DNA of 56,666 nucleotides from Perkinsus olseni (Eukaryota): NCBI GenBank assembly GCA_013115125.1, contig JABANN010000179.1, positions 1 to 56,666 of the forward strand, read 5' to 3'. Shown piece by piece: positions 23,763 to 35,734 of this stretch (position 1 is its first letter; each line of letters starts with the position of its first letter). The notes under the pieces were generated by a model. It saw only the letters and a program-made list of their open reading frames with translations, ran no database searches and was not told where the DNA came from. The position numbers and the translations under genes were made by a program.

Positions 23763-25930
23763 ATGATTACCCGAAGCGTCGCTACTGCGATTATATCGGC
23801 CCTTGCCGTTACTACGACTCTCTCCGGTTGTTCTTCCAGCACTTCCCCGCCCACTGCTACGACCACTACTGGCCCATCGCCCTTCACTACGACCCCTCAT
23901 GACTTTCCTTCTACTACTGGATTCCTTTCAAAAACAACTACTACTAGTAGCAGCGAGAACGTTGTGAACAGTTCCACTTATTTTACTGCTACTGCTACCT
24001 TCCCCGTCACCACGGAGACGCCCACAACGAGACCTCGACCGACTACGAAGTGCACTGGAAAGTTGCTCGGCACTTATACCTGGTCTCAAGACTACTGGCG
24101 CGATGGGGATGATCAGCTTTTTGATTTCCTCAACTCCGATATGGGCCAGCAATGGAACTGCGGTGATGTGTCGGTCAACATAGCTGACAGTAGCAATCCT
24201 GATCATATTGCAAATCCTGGGAATCTCGTAGACTTTCTGGTCAATTTCAGGAGAAAGACCAATAATGAGGGTATCTTGTGGTTGACGTATGGCGATGTCG
24301 TATCGAAAGAGGGATCGCTGATGGTTATGTTCGTGCAAACTTTCAAGAATTTCCTCATAAATTACGTCGATGCTGATACTATGGCTGAGATAGCACCGAT
24401 CGGGCTCAGCTTTGACGTTGAGCATGTCGCCCAGGAGTATGTCAGGGAGGCCCTTGAGGACGCCCAACAGATGAAAATAGATCTTCAGAATGGTCTTGGT
24501 TATTTGCCCGGCTCCTTATTTGTTCAGTACACCATTGAGGGGGCTCCTGACACCCTGGGGACGCAGTACGTCATGCAGTACGCTGATTCAGCGTTGATGA
24601 TGTTATATAGAAATGAGATCAAGGACACTACGGGAAAGTGAGGGGATGGGGTTGGATACAAAAATCTTTGCTGTGCGCGTGAGAATGATCGCAGTGGAAT
24701 CATAGTCGTGAGCGTGCGGCAGTATCCTGAGGTCCACTATGGTGTTACACGGACGATAAAGATATTCTCTTTATGATATTCTCCCTGATCAGTGATCCCG
24801 ATGATCTCCTCGGTCGCCTCCGATGGATGCTGCATGAACAGTGTTTGGTTTGCACTCAACCCGGATGGGAAAATCTCAAGGCCAAGATTACCGTCATGGT
24901 TGAGGTAATAAAATCGTCGGCTATACTAGAATATCCTTGAACGCGCGCTGATCTTCCAATTTTTGATGAGCGATAACACCGACTCATCAATAGATGGCAT
25001 CTATCGTGCAGCACGATTCGTGCTTCGAGACAGCACCTAAGGCTTCCTTGGCACGTTTTTTCCGACCCTGGGAACGATCTTGAAAGATGGTGATGTATTG
25101 TACACTTATCTGGGCGTCGTTACACCTCTATCATCATCTCTCCAACGATGGGTGTTCGAGAAATTGACGTCCCTTAGTTACTACACATTGTCGTTTCATT
25201 CTTGGCGTCGTGAGTTGGTCGATTTACGGTATCCACTCCTTTCGACTCGCTCGCTTCCACAATTATCTTTTTTCTCAGGGCTCGTGTAAGATGGGAGACA
25301 ACTGTCATAAAATCTCGATGTGTGCGTTCGACTCTTCCTCCTACCCAAACCCATCGGGCGGCATTGAGTATGCTTGGGATACTCTCACGCAGATGAACAA
25401 CCTGGTCGTTCAGGACGGGGTGAGTTGTTGGGTCGCGAAGGCCTTCCGGAAATTTATCAAAGCGCGGTGAGTTTGCTTTTCATTTCTTCTGTGGTGTGCT
25501 ACAAGTTCACCAGGGTGACCTCGACGAAAAGCGGAAAATTTGGTATACAATCAGGGTTGATGGTTGTTTACTGGTGTCCCAACTGAAAGTTTACAGGTTT
25601 TTCGCGGAATCGATCCTCGGAAGGAGACAGTTTTTTCATCTAAAATTTTTGTAAATTCTGGTCTTTTTTCCCACAACCAGCTTTTCTCGGTCTCGTCTGG
25701 GTGTGGTCACGAGAACTGCCACAAGTTACTGAGGGCGTATCTTTAGTCGTTTTCAGATTGTCAGTCAGGAGCAGTACGACCATCTATTCAACCATGATGG
25801 CACGCTGTTTGCCTTGCACAACTGGGAATGGACGCGATGTTATTATGGCGATTCATTCTCCCAGCTGATGGGCTACAACAACTACTGTCCGCAGTACCAT
25901 AACTATGCTACTACCTGCCGCTCACAGTGA
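23763..25930 (+). CDS. Secreted protein: signal peptide, Thr/Ser-rich stalk, possible TIM-barrel glycoside-hydrolase-like domain; 4 exons
   Basis: Exons ~23763-24638, 24792-24904, 25279-25418, 25757-25930; signal MITRSVATAIISALAVTTTLSGC; TTT-rich linker; GLSFDVEH motif at ~24402-24425; Cys-rich C-terminus. Confidence 0.7.
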
Positions 25931-26174
25931 TACCAAAGATACGCTATACAGCTACTAGAGGTCGAGATGGCGACCAAAGATTCTCCATCTTCCTCTTTGT
26001 GATAGTGGATTTGTTCCTCAGGGTCTGTATATAACCTCTATTCTTTCAATAGATGTATACCAGTTTCGCCCCGTTTATTTGGGCGGCAGTGTCGTGTTCA
26101 GTGCCTCAGAGGTGTTGGTATCTTAGGTTAAAGCGTGCGAGTGGCAGAATTGAGGTTAGTTGTTGATTCTTGTA

Positions 26175-29100
26175 ATGGCCCAGCGTCAACATCCCCACAT
26201 TCATCCTAATCATGGAGGATATTCATCATACATCGACATCGATCCTCTCTACTTGGGAAGGAAGGTGATGCCACTCGAGGGTTGAGGGAATAACAAAAAG
26301 GGAGCGACACGTCGCCGTAGACCGTCGACGTTGGTATTTGGAGGGGACGAAAGCGTTGGCGCTGTTGTCCCTCGAGATGTTTTAACGCGCATGTGATAAT
26401 GATTTATTATTGACCGCCCCTTTGAGTGAAGATGACGGTCGGTTGGATCGAACCGGGGCGTTTCCGATGCTGCTTCATTATGGGTTCGGTGTCCCTGCTG
26501 GACTATTGGTCTTCTCTCAGGGTGTCCAAGGCTTCGATCTGACCAAGGAGAACTCGAGACTTCGGTATACTCCGATAACGGTATCTCAAGAGGAGTTAGT
26601 CTATCATAAAAATATTAACTATGAGGTAGTCACTCATTACGGTTATGTATCGCGACATTCTCACCATCACTAATTAACTGGTCTCTCTCGAAGAACGCCC
26701 TCAGACGCCGCTCTTGATGGCTCTCTACTTTTGCTTTGTGGTGACACGATGGTGACACCTGCTCGTAGGAGTCTTTGCGTTCGGGAATGGTAGTTCATCA
26801 CTGAGATGGAGGTATGTCCGTACGTCTCTCCAGCGCGAAGGTGATGAGTTTTTCTTACCGTTTTATGATGGTACTAGTGCTACGTTATCGGGGTTTTGAG
26901 TGTTGCTGTTTTTAGGAGCGCGGGATATCATTCCCGAGGTTTCTGGACCAGATGTTCGACAGTCCCTTCTACAGCGAGTACTTTGGCGGTTACCCGGCCC
27001 CGGCCCCCTACAGGGTCAAGTTCATCGAAAATCCCCAGTCGAAGGTGAAGGTCTTCATTGGTAAGGCGGGGGGCCGATCGTGTTGACGTCCTCGAGGGCG
27101 CGGGGTCGATTTCCGGGTCAGTCGTTTTTCCACTATCAGTCAAGGTCGGTTTTAAAGCCGCATTAGATATCAGTCTGGGTTCTTGCTAGTGTGGCGAACG
27201 GTGAATACCCCCGAAATGAGTTGGGATTTGGGCCAAATCCCTTCCGAACATCTTCCTCATTTCCTTCGTATATCGTCAACGCCTCTCGAGTTTGCTGCCC
27301 TATCATGATGGCCTTGACGTCTCAGGCGTGACCATGTACCAAGAGCCCTGTGGTGGCCTGGATGATATCAGAAAAGCTGGTACTACTTTCATCAGGATGA
27401 ACCCGGGAGCGGATCGTCCGGAAGGCTTCGCTGAGCAAGCGAAGGAATCTGGCGGTAATAACAACAATGGTGACACTAGGCACCGAAAAGTTTAAGCTTG
27501 GCTCTGCGCAATTGTTCGGTCGTTGGCGAATCGAAACTGATTGACGTGCTTGTTGTCAAGAGTTCGTGGTTCGTTATTATTATTGTTGTTGTTTTCACAG
27601 GAGTACCGGGTACTCTGGTTGGGATACTTCAGAATATCCGAAAATTTGTGGACCAGACTAAGTATAATTGGGACGAGATATGTGTTTGTCTCCTGGCTGA
27701 TGGACGGACGAGGTAGTTGAAGGACCAACAACGGTATCATCTTGAAATGGCTCGTTTGAGGGTTTCTATTTGTGAGGATGAATTCGAGTACGTTCGACCC
27801 GATGAGTTTAACTCACGAGTATGATTGGTGTTAGTAATTTTGTGGCGCGCGGTCATGCTATTGAATAACGAGGTGTCTTTTTTTCAGAATTGATGGTCGA
27901 TTCAACAACCTTGTTGCCTTGCAGAGGATGGGGATATACGTTGATCTGGAAGAGATGTATCGCGAGAGTAATAATGAGCGTCAAGTATCCCGTGCGGAAA
28001 AAATTTCCCATTTCTATTTCAGACGGTTTGATGGACATCCATGGTAGAATTCAGCCCATCGATCGATATAATTTTGATAATGTTGACGACAAGAAAGCCT
28101 CTCGTACCCAACCCAGATTTACCGTTGACAACGGCCAGACTGTTTACGGTAAACTCAGACCGGGATGCTGTTCTCGAGAGCACTTAACAGTCTCGGAGTC
28201 GATCTGTGTCCTTAGTACAGAGAGAATAGCGAGCCAGTTTTTTTCTAGGAATTTTCTTTGGTGGTCGGATTGTCTTTTGTTTATGATTTCTCTGATTTTT
28301 AGTACATCTATTCGAGAACGTTATCAACTACGAGAACTATCCGCCACTGCAGATGATGTTTGCTTTGAAGGAGTTCAACGCCGGCAAGCTGGATACTCAT
28401 CTCTGGTTCTTCGAGGGGTTTGCCCATCATATGTAATAGAGTCATGGTGCCTTCTAGTGTAGTTGGGAGAGGTGCCTAGCTGTATAGCGAACGACCCGGG
28501 TATGATTCTAGGCCCGGGAACCTTTCACCGAACCACACTGAATTACATACTACCCGGAATCGTAAATCCCGAGGGCTCCTTAGCGAAGACCATCACAGAT
28601 CAGTGAAACTTAAAGCATTTACATATAGTCCAGACCGAATGGGTGAATGGGTGAGAGGTTTTATGAGTAGGGCTAGGAATGGTATGAAAGTGATAATCAC
28701 CTACCAATTCGTTTGGTGTCTCTACTGTCGACTCTCAGTTACCGTGTTATGAACGAAAGAGCCCCTCCGGGCGTCAACGAGGAGCTTTACTGCGTCTGCT
28801 TGGACGCAGGTAAGTGTCAGGTGCAGGGATCGAACCCGGGTATTGAAGGGTTCTCTTGCAGGGACTCGGCCGGAAGAGACGGCTATCGTCAAGTTGATAA
28901 ATGCCATGGATAAGGATCGTAATGTTGCTGGATGCTGCGGGGAGATCACCGTCGACAAGGCCTTGGCGCCGAAAAATGTCTTTTACAATTGGTAGTAGAA
29001 AATCGCTGTTTTCATTGGTATTCACTCGACCTGTGGACTCACTATGATTGTGATTTGCTAAGATGTAGATTTTCTTAGCGGAGCGAAGCGTATTAGTTTT

Positions 29101-31655
29101 CATCAGGTACGTCGCATCACAAGATTTCGAGTACAAAGTCGGTAACTGCCTCGACAAGGCCTTTGAGTCGGTTTGCGGTTACATAAGCGTGAGTGCGCGT
29201 GCCGGCTGCTCGGGCGGTATTTTTCCCATCGTCGAGGCACTGGTCGTTTTCACCAGGCTTTCCTGCCATTTTTCATGCGTTAAAATTTTTTTGGCATCAT
29301 TTTAATACCAAATTTTTCGTTATTTCTTCGTTTCTGGTTCTATCAGGTCCTCCCCGGCGCATTCTCGGCGTATCGTTGGTCGGCTTTGTCGCCGCCCGAA
29401 CTGGGACCAACATCCGATAAGCGTCCCATAATCCCCTACTTCAAGTCAGTAACGCACGGAGGAGTTATCAACCCATTTTATGGAAACATGTAATGCTTCG
29501 CTCCGCCGCCCTCGTCGAGAGCTTGCAAGCCTTTTCTTGTGGTCGTAGCATGCTTATGATCTTCCGGCTGCGCGGAGTATCTTTGTTTCTTGAATCTTTC
29601 GAGGTCGACCTTGGTCAGGTATCTTGCGGAAGATAGGATTCTTGCGCTCGAACTTGTCTGCAGCCGAACAGCAGCCAACACTCTAAAATATGTCAAGAAC
29701 TCGGTTGCCGTTACTGATGTAGTGGACCACTTGCTCTCTTGCGTTTCCTCAACGCCCTTCCTCAGGTCCCAGACAGTTGTGCAGCTCTGATCAAACAGAG
29801 ACGGCGATGGATGAACGGATCTTTCTTTGCCCAAATCTTCGCGCTGTGGCAGGGGCTGCTGCTGTTCAGGATATTCACCACAAGACACTCGTGGTTCAGG
29901 AAGTTGATACTCATGAACGAGTTATTGTAAGTGTGGTATGAAACGGAAAGATACGTTTTAAATATGGTGTCGGAGCCAGGAATCGAACCTGGGTCGGCCT
30001 GTGTAGAAAACTACTCATTTTCGTTCCCCATGATGGGACAGACTGATTGATCGTTTAAAGCCACTGAGTAGTGCTACAAATGATATCACTACGTAATTGT
30101 TTCTGAACTGTCGGATATCGATCACTCGGGCGCGCGCTATTGTCGTAACGTTGTCAGGTTCTCGGCTCTGAATATGATACTGACGTGGTTTCTGGTGGGA
30201 ATCTTTTATCTCACCTTCATCATCTTGTGGAACTCCTTTTTGATCGACGGAGGCGACCTAAGATTCCCCGGAGCTGATGCTGTGTACATTGTTATACAGT
30301 TCATGTGAGACTTGCGCCGCACAGCGAAGATTTTTTGGAGGAATCTTTTGACGGTTTCAGATATTTGATATTGATGTTCACTACCTTCCTGCTGGCGATG
30401 GGTACTCAACCGGATTCACCGAGGAGGTCGCTGCGTGCACTGTACGAGAAAAAAGATTCCCTCCGGGGTAATCGACTAAGCCGTTTTTAGGTATAAACTG
30501 ATCTCGTTGATTTTCGGCGTCTACATGGTCGCCACCTTCGCCGTCGCTGTTTACAACGTGGTTACGTCAACGCAGATCGTCCTCATGGCGATCGGCCTGG
30601 CTGCTGTACTCAGTTATATTCTCGTTGCAATACTCCATGGCGAAGTAGGTGTCCGCGCCGGGGATCGAACCGGGGACCTCGTCAATCCGTTTGGTCCGTT
30701 GCACTCAAAGAAGGCTTTGTGCTCAGCCGCTGTGACCGCAAACCAGCCAACTCCAACGACTACTTCCGAGCTTCATTCTTCTGCTCCTTGTGCATGCGTG
30801 CTGGTGTTCTCAGGGTCACCATGTCATTATCAACTACCTTCAGTACACCTTCATGTCGCCGACCTACATTAACATCTTCCAGACTTTCGCTTTCTGCAAC
30901 ACTCACGATCTATCCTGGGGTAAGTCATGCGAGTTTCCCCTGTTTCCGATGAGAAAATGAGTATTCGTCTCAGGAACGAAGGGGTTGGACAGCAACGATG
31001 TGTCTCAAAAAGACGTGCAAGCGCAAAGAAATGAGTTCAGGACTTACCTCGTCCTCTGCTGGGCCATATCAAATTTGGCGCTCATTTATGTAGCGGAGCG
31101 AAGCGATGATTTCATTGCGTTTTAAACTGTTTTCTTCGTTCAGGGAGTCACTAGTTCGACCGAAGGAACGTCCGGCACAGCGACGGTGTTGGCGATATCA
31201 GCGAACAGTTTCATGTATTTCGTCCTCGGCACGGTGGTCTTCTTCAACGGCGTGAAGTCGATTGGGTCGCTTTTGTAAGATATCCCCGATCGCGCACAGC
31301 AAAGGATATCTTTTCTATGCCAGGTACCTCATACAGTACTGGTTCGGAAGGCTTTGTTGTTGCTGCTCTTGTGGCGGCAAGTCGGCGGAGTTGACCGCCG
31401 ATGAGAATGTTAAGAACGAGTGGAAGGCCTACAGACAGAGCGAGAAGTTGGCCTCAGGGGGCGCTGGTGCAGCCGGTGGCGGCCTCGAGGTGAGCCGACT
31501 GGAGGCTCTTGAAATCTTGCACACTTGCGTTTTCTCAGTATAGAGGGTTTTTACTTCAGGGAAACTCTGATTGGCGGCAAGGGACACCGCACGATCCGAA
31601 GCGGCTGAAGCAGCCGCCCATCACCCCGGAAACCGCCGTGTCGGACCGGGTGTGA
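26175..31655 (+). CDS. CHS: Chitin synthase (GT2, Chitin_synth_1-type); ~18 exons, ends approximate
   Basis: [128 protein letters not shown]. Confidence 0.96.
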
Positions 31656-32034
31656 TGGTGATGATTACTAAGACTGTTGATGTTATTTTGTACTTGGCCA
31701 TTTTACCATAACGTCCATTACTCTTCACCTGAGGCGAAGAGCCTCTTTGTTTCTACCTGAGGGAGGTTTGTGTTCATCATCTCGGAAGATACTACTCGGT
31801 GTCGGGGTGAACAACCAGTAGGGTAAACATCAAAGACACTACGCGGGCAAGGGGGGAGTTCCTGGGCTGCCAAGATACGCTTTGACGTGAAGGAAAGGTT
31901 GAAGAGTGTGCGCGGGGCGAGGTCAAGCTAGCTGCGAATCTTGCTTGTGCATGCGTGCAGATATGTGCATGCGTGCTAGGCAAGTTTGTATCATCACATC
32001 ATCGATAACCGTTTCGAGTAGATCTTTTCCCCCC

Positions 32035-33420
32035 ATGTTCGACCAGCAGAGGCCCTTTCCCGGCGGTGGTACCACCATCGAGATTCCACCCTCTTCGCCC
32101 CTTCTCGGCCCTTGTAGCGATTCACCGCAAATGCTGAAGGGGTCATTTGGGGCTCAGCAGCCGCCGCAGCCACTGTCGACTCCTTGCCGTTTGTTGTCGT
32201 TTGATTTACTCAAGAGCCTCGAGTTGGAGTCTCCGACGTACTGTGCGCCCGAGGAAGGTGTGGTGAAGCTTTGGACTGCTGTTGCTGTTCAACGGCACTT
32301 TCATCTTCAGGAGCATCTCACCCGTTCGCGTCTTTGGCGACGACCGCTTCCACGATCGGGGCCACCCCTTTAATCTCTCTACGTACTGAGAGGACCGAGC
32401 TGGAGACCCCTCAGGCGACTGAGTAGAAGCTCGGGCTTCTTGAGTCGCTCGATTCTTGTCTGCTTTAGTGACGATGACGTTGGAGCTAGCCCTTCATTCG
32501 CTGGCGGCGCTTCCGAGGTTGATGCGTGCGGAGGGTCGAACTCGGAGGATGACAAGAACTCTTGGACGACGGTTATGTTGAAGAACATTCCTAACAAATA
32601 CGACGACGCCATGCTTGCCGATGAGATCTGGCGTCGTGGGCTGGGCGATGCATATTCCTATATCTACGCTGTCCCCGATCCCCGCACGGGCTTGAATAGA
32701 GGGTGCCCAGTCGTAGCCAGTCTGATTGTACTGCTTCACTGCGTTTCTTCCAGATACGCCTTTATCGATTTGAAGTCTCATGAGCTCGCATGCGAATTCA
32801 TGGAGCGTTTCGAGGGTGTTCAACTGCCGAGCCGCAAATCTTCGAAGGTGTGTGCTTGCATGTGGGCCAACAAGCAAGGAGCTCGAACCCCGGCTGATGT
32901 TGGGGCGTCAGTTGGCGGTGGTCTCACTGCCTCTGGGCAAGCTTGGCTTTCTCCGTCCGAAGCTCTCCATAATAAACACAACGCTTTCGCTGTCCCCGTG
33001 TATTCCTCGCCTGCCCTCAAGGGTCGCAGATCTTGCAAGTGGCTTGACAGCGGCAGTCCCTCCTTCGGCTTCTCCCCCACCTCTACTCTCAACAATGAGA
33101 CCGGCTTCTCCAATCGTTACAAGATGTTTGTTGGCGGCCTTGGCCCACATACGACCAGTGAAGACCTTCACGAGTACTTTTCAAAGTTTGGTGTTGTCGA
33201 AGATTGTGTCGTTGTGACATGCAAAGCCACAGGAGCTTCGCGTGGCTTCGGCTTCTGCCAGATGCAATCAGAAGAAGGCTTCTACGCCGCATTTTCCGAG
33301 CAGCCTCATGTTGTTGGAGATCGAACTATCGGTATTCGCCGCTATGATTACTCCATCGTGCCCAGCCCTACTAATTCCCCAACTTCCACTTCATCGAGGT
33401 CTAGGCTTTCCGCTATGTAG
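32035..33420 (+). CDS. Mei2-like RNA-binding protein (RRM3-type domain) with an additional C-terminal canonical RRM; ~3 exons
   Basis: TTVMLKNIPNKY...IYAVPDPRTGLNRG-YAFIDL...SKVCACMWANKQG (Mei2 RRM_2 type); second RRM YKMFVGGL...ASRGFGFC. Confidence 0.88.
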
Positions 33421-33598
33421 ACAACATTTTCATTAACAAGAAGAAGAAGAACTGTTGGAGTGTTATCGCCCTCCTTGATTTCCGGTTGCGATTTGTGTCC
33501 CTTCCGGAGTTCGCCAAATTAAGCCTATCAGACCATCGACCAAAATCCTTCATTCGTGTGTTGTACGATTCTGTTCAAACTCCTATGTGTTAATTTTA

Positions 33599-33644
33599 CC
33601 AACAACAACAACAACAGTAGCATCAACAACAACAACAATAGCAA
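33599..33644 (+). repeat. (CAA)n microsatellite downstream of the Mei2-like gene
   Basis: caacaacaacaacaacagtagcatcaacaacaacaacaatagcaaa. Confidence 0.85.
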
Positions 33645-35734
33645 AGGTTATGTCGTAGCTCATTCATTGTGCTATTCACGAGCATCCTCGGATGTGGGTT
33701 GATTCACAACATTTTATTTTTCTGTCATCGGTCAGGCGAGAGGTGAAGAAAATCCCTCTTAGTCAAGTTAATACCAAACTGTTCCACGGGAGGTGTTTGG
33801 TAGGATGTCGAAGTTATTATTCACTCTATTATAACGAAACAGCTTAATTTGTTCTGAGAATCACGGTTGGATGATTGATTGTGGATGCGGATAATTTGGA
33901 CCGTTTCGAGTGACTTTATTATTTTCCGCGTTTCAGTTCACAAAAACGTGCGCTTGCCGAGAACAACGCCTAGTGTCGTTATATTGTGCGATAAACCGCC
34001 ATGTCACTGAAATACTCATCTAGAATGTGTGGCGGGAGGGTCGTTCTCCCCTACAAAATCGTGCTATAGACCTGTACATGTCGTTGGGTCACACATCATG
34101 ATGACTGACTGAGTTGGAGCGCTTGCGCCGAGTGTTTTCCTGCCGCAAGATGGGCTCAGCTGCTGAGCCTCAGCATATGAGAGAAGGGAATCCCTTCTGC
34201 AGGCTGCAGAGTCCACACGTCATGCCGATGCGGTGTAGGATTGTAGCGTAAGTCGGGCCATCCCCTGCAGGGCAACCATGTGGGTTGGTGAATGTTGTTC
34301 GTTGGAGTGCCTCGGCGGACGCGCATTCCGCCGTTCGATCGTTCTCGGCGTGGGTAGCTACGGCCACCCCGCCTTGAACAATCTCACTGGCTCCGAGCGC
34401 CCGGTGAGGCAATAGTAGCTGGTCAACAACTGATCTGCCACAAGTGCTTCTTGAACGGTGAGTGGAGCAGTCGAGTGGTGATGATGAGTGGCTTTACGCA
34501 GCGCAGTAGCCCGGCACAAGCAATATGAGTGAGGTAGCTTTCGGCTGACTGTGTTAGTCGTAGACATAAAGTTCCGTAACGAGGAATGTTCCACATTGGA
34601 AAGTGTCACACGTGACGTGTGCGAGCATGGGTTGAACAATGTACGGGCCGTGGCGAAACGCGGAAGAATAGCAAAGGATATATATCACCCTTGAAGAGCA
34701 GCTGTGGCACGTGGGTAGCGCTACAAACACTTGCGCGTGCTCAAGCTTAGCGGTACGTATCCCGGCCTCGGAAGCAGGGCAGACCCAACGCAGCTCATTT
34801 GATAGCGCTATAAGCCACGCTTACCGCAGAACCTGTTGTGCGACTCGCACGACGATGCATGGAGGGAGCTGGGAAAGGGAGTCCCACTGCAGCCGGTGCA
34901 TGAACACAGGACATGTCACGTACCGTCATTGCGTTGGGGACGAGGCCCTCGTCACGAGGGCCGTGCGAAGCTGAGGAAAGGCAAGGTCCGACGAGATCGC
35001 AAGACACACTGCGCCAGAGACGCCGATAATCGGCTTCGGCAGTAGTTGTAGCACTAAAATAGGCTTTCCAAGGGAAAATAAATAGATTGGGGTGCTACTG
35101 GACACGAGCGGAGACGATCCATGGCGGTAAAAGGAAAGTTATACGGTGGGTTTGGGAGATCGCAAAACTCAACATGGGTGCCCGGTATAGTTGTTTGTTC
35201 GCTGTCGCTGGATTTTTGGCGCTCGCCCGGCGGGACCCTCCCCACTCGGCTCGCGGATCTGTCGATCCCCACGGGGGTAGTTCCACCGAGACTCAGAAAC
35301 GAGGGAGCGAAACCAAAAGCGATGCAATGTTAAAATTGTATTCATCCAACTCGTTGTTGTCGTTCTTGACCGAATATCATGACAGCATGGTCGCAAGCCA
35401 CGTAAAGGGTTCCCGATTGATCGATACACTGAAAAGAAAGGTCAGTAACGTATCACCGAAGCGGGAGGAGCGCATACCACGCCTGTAGGTGCCGCGAAGG
35501 TTAATGACGGCTGTTGAACGGGAAGGCCTTCATGGGAACCGTCGCTACACCAGAGTACCTCAACAGAAGTCAAATAAAGCTCGAATAAGATGGTTCTGTG
35601 GGACGGTTCGCCTCGGTTTGAGTGCGTGCTTGAAGTTGTAATTTATAACTTATAAACCAACGCCGTAACCGGCTTGGTTAGACTCTCACCGACGTGCTCA
35701 TTCCTCAACAGATAGATTTTGTTTTCAGAAGGTA

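Noticed and set aside
34100-35500. Short overlapping ORFs between the Mei2-like and TRIM-NHL genes
   Set aside because: No domain signal or convincing splice structure.
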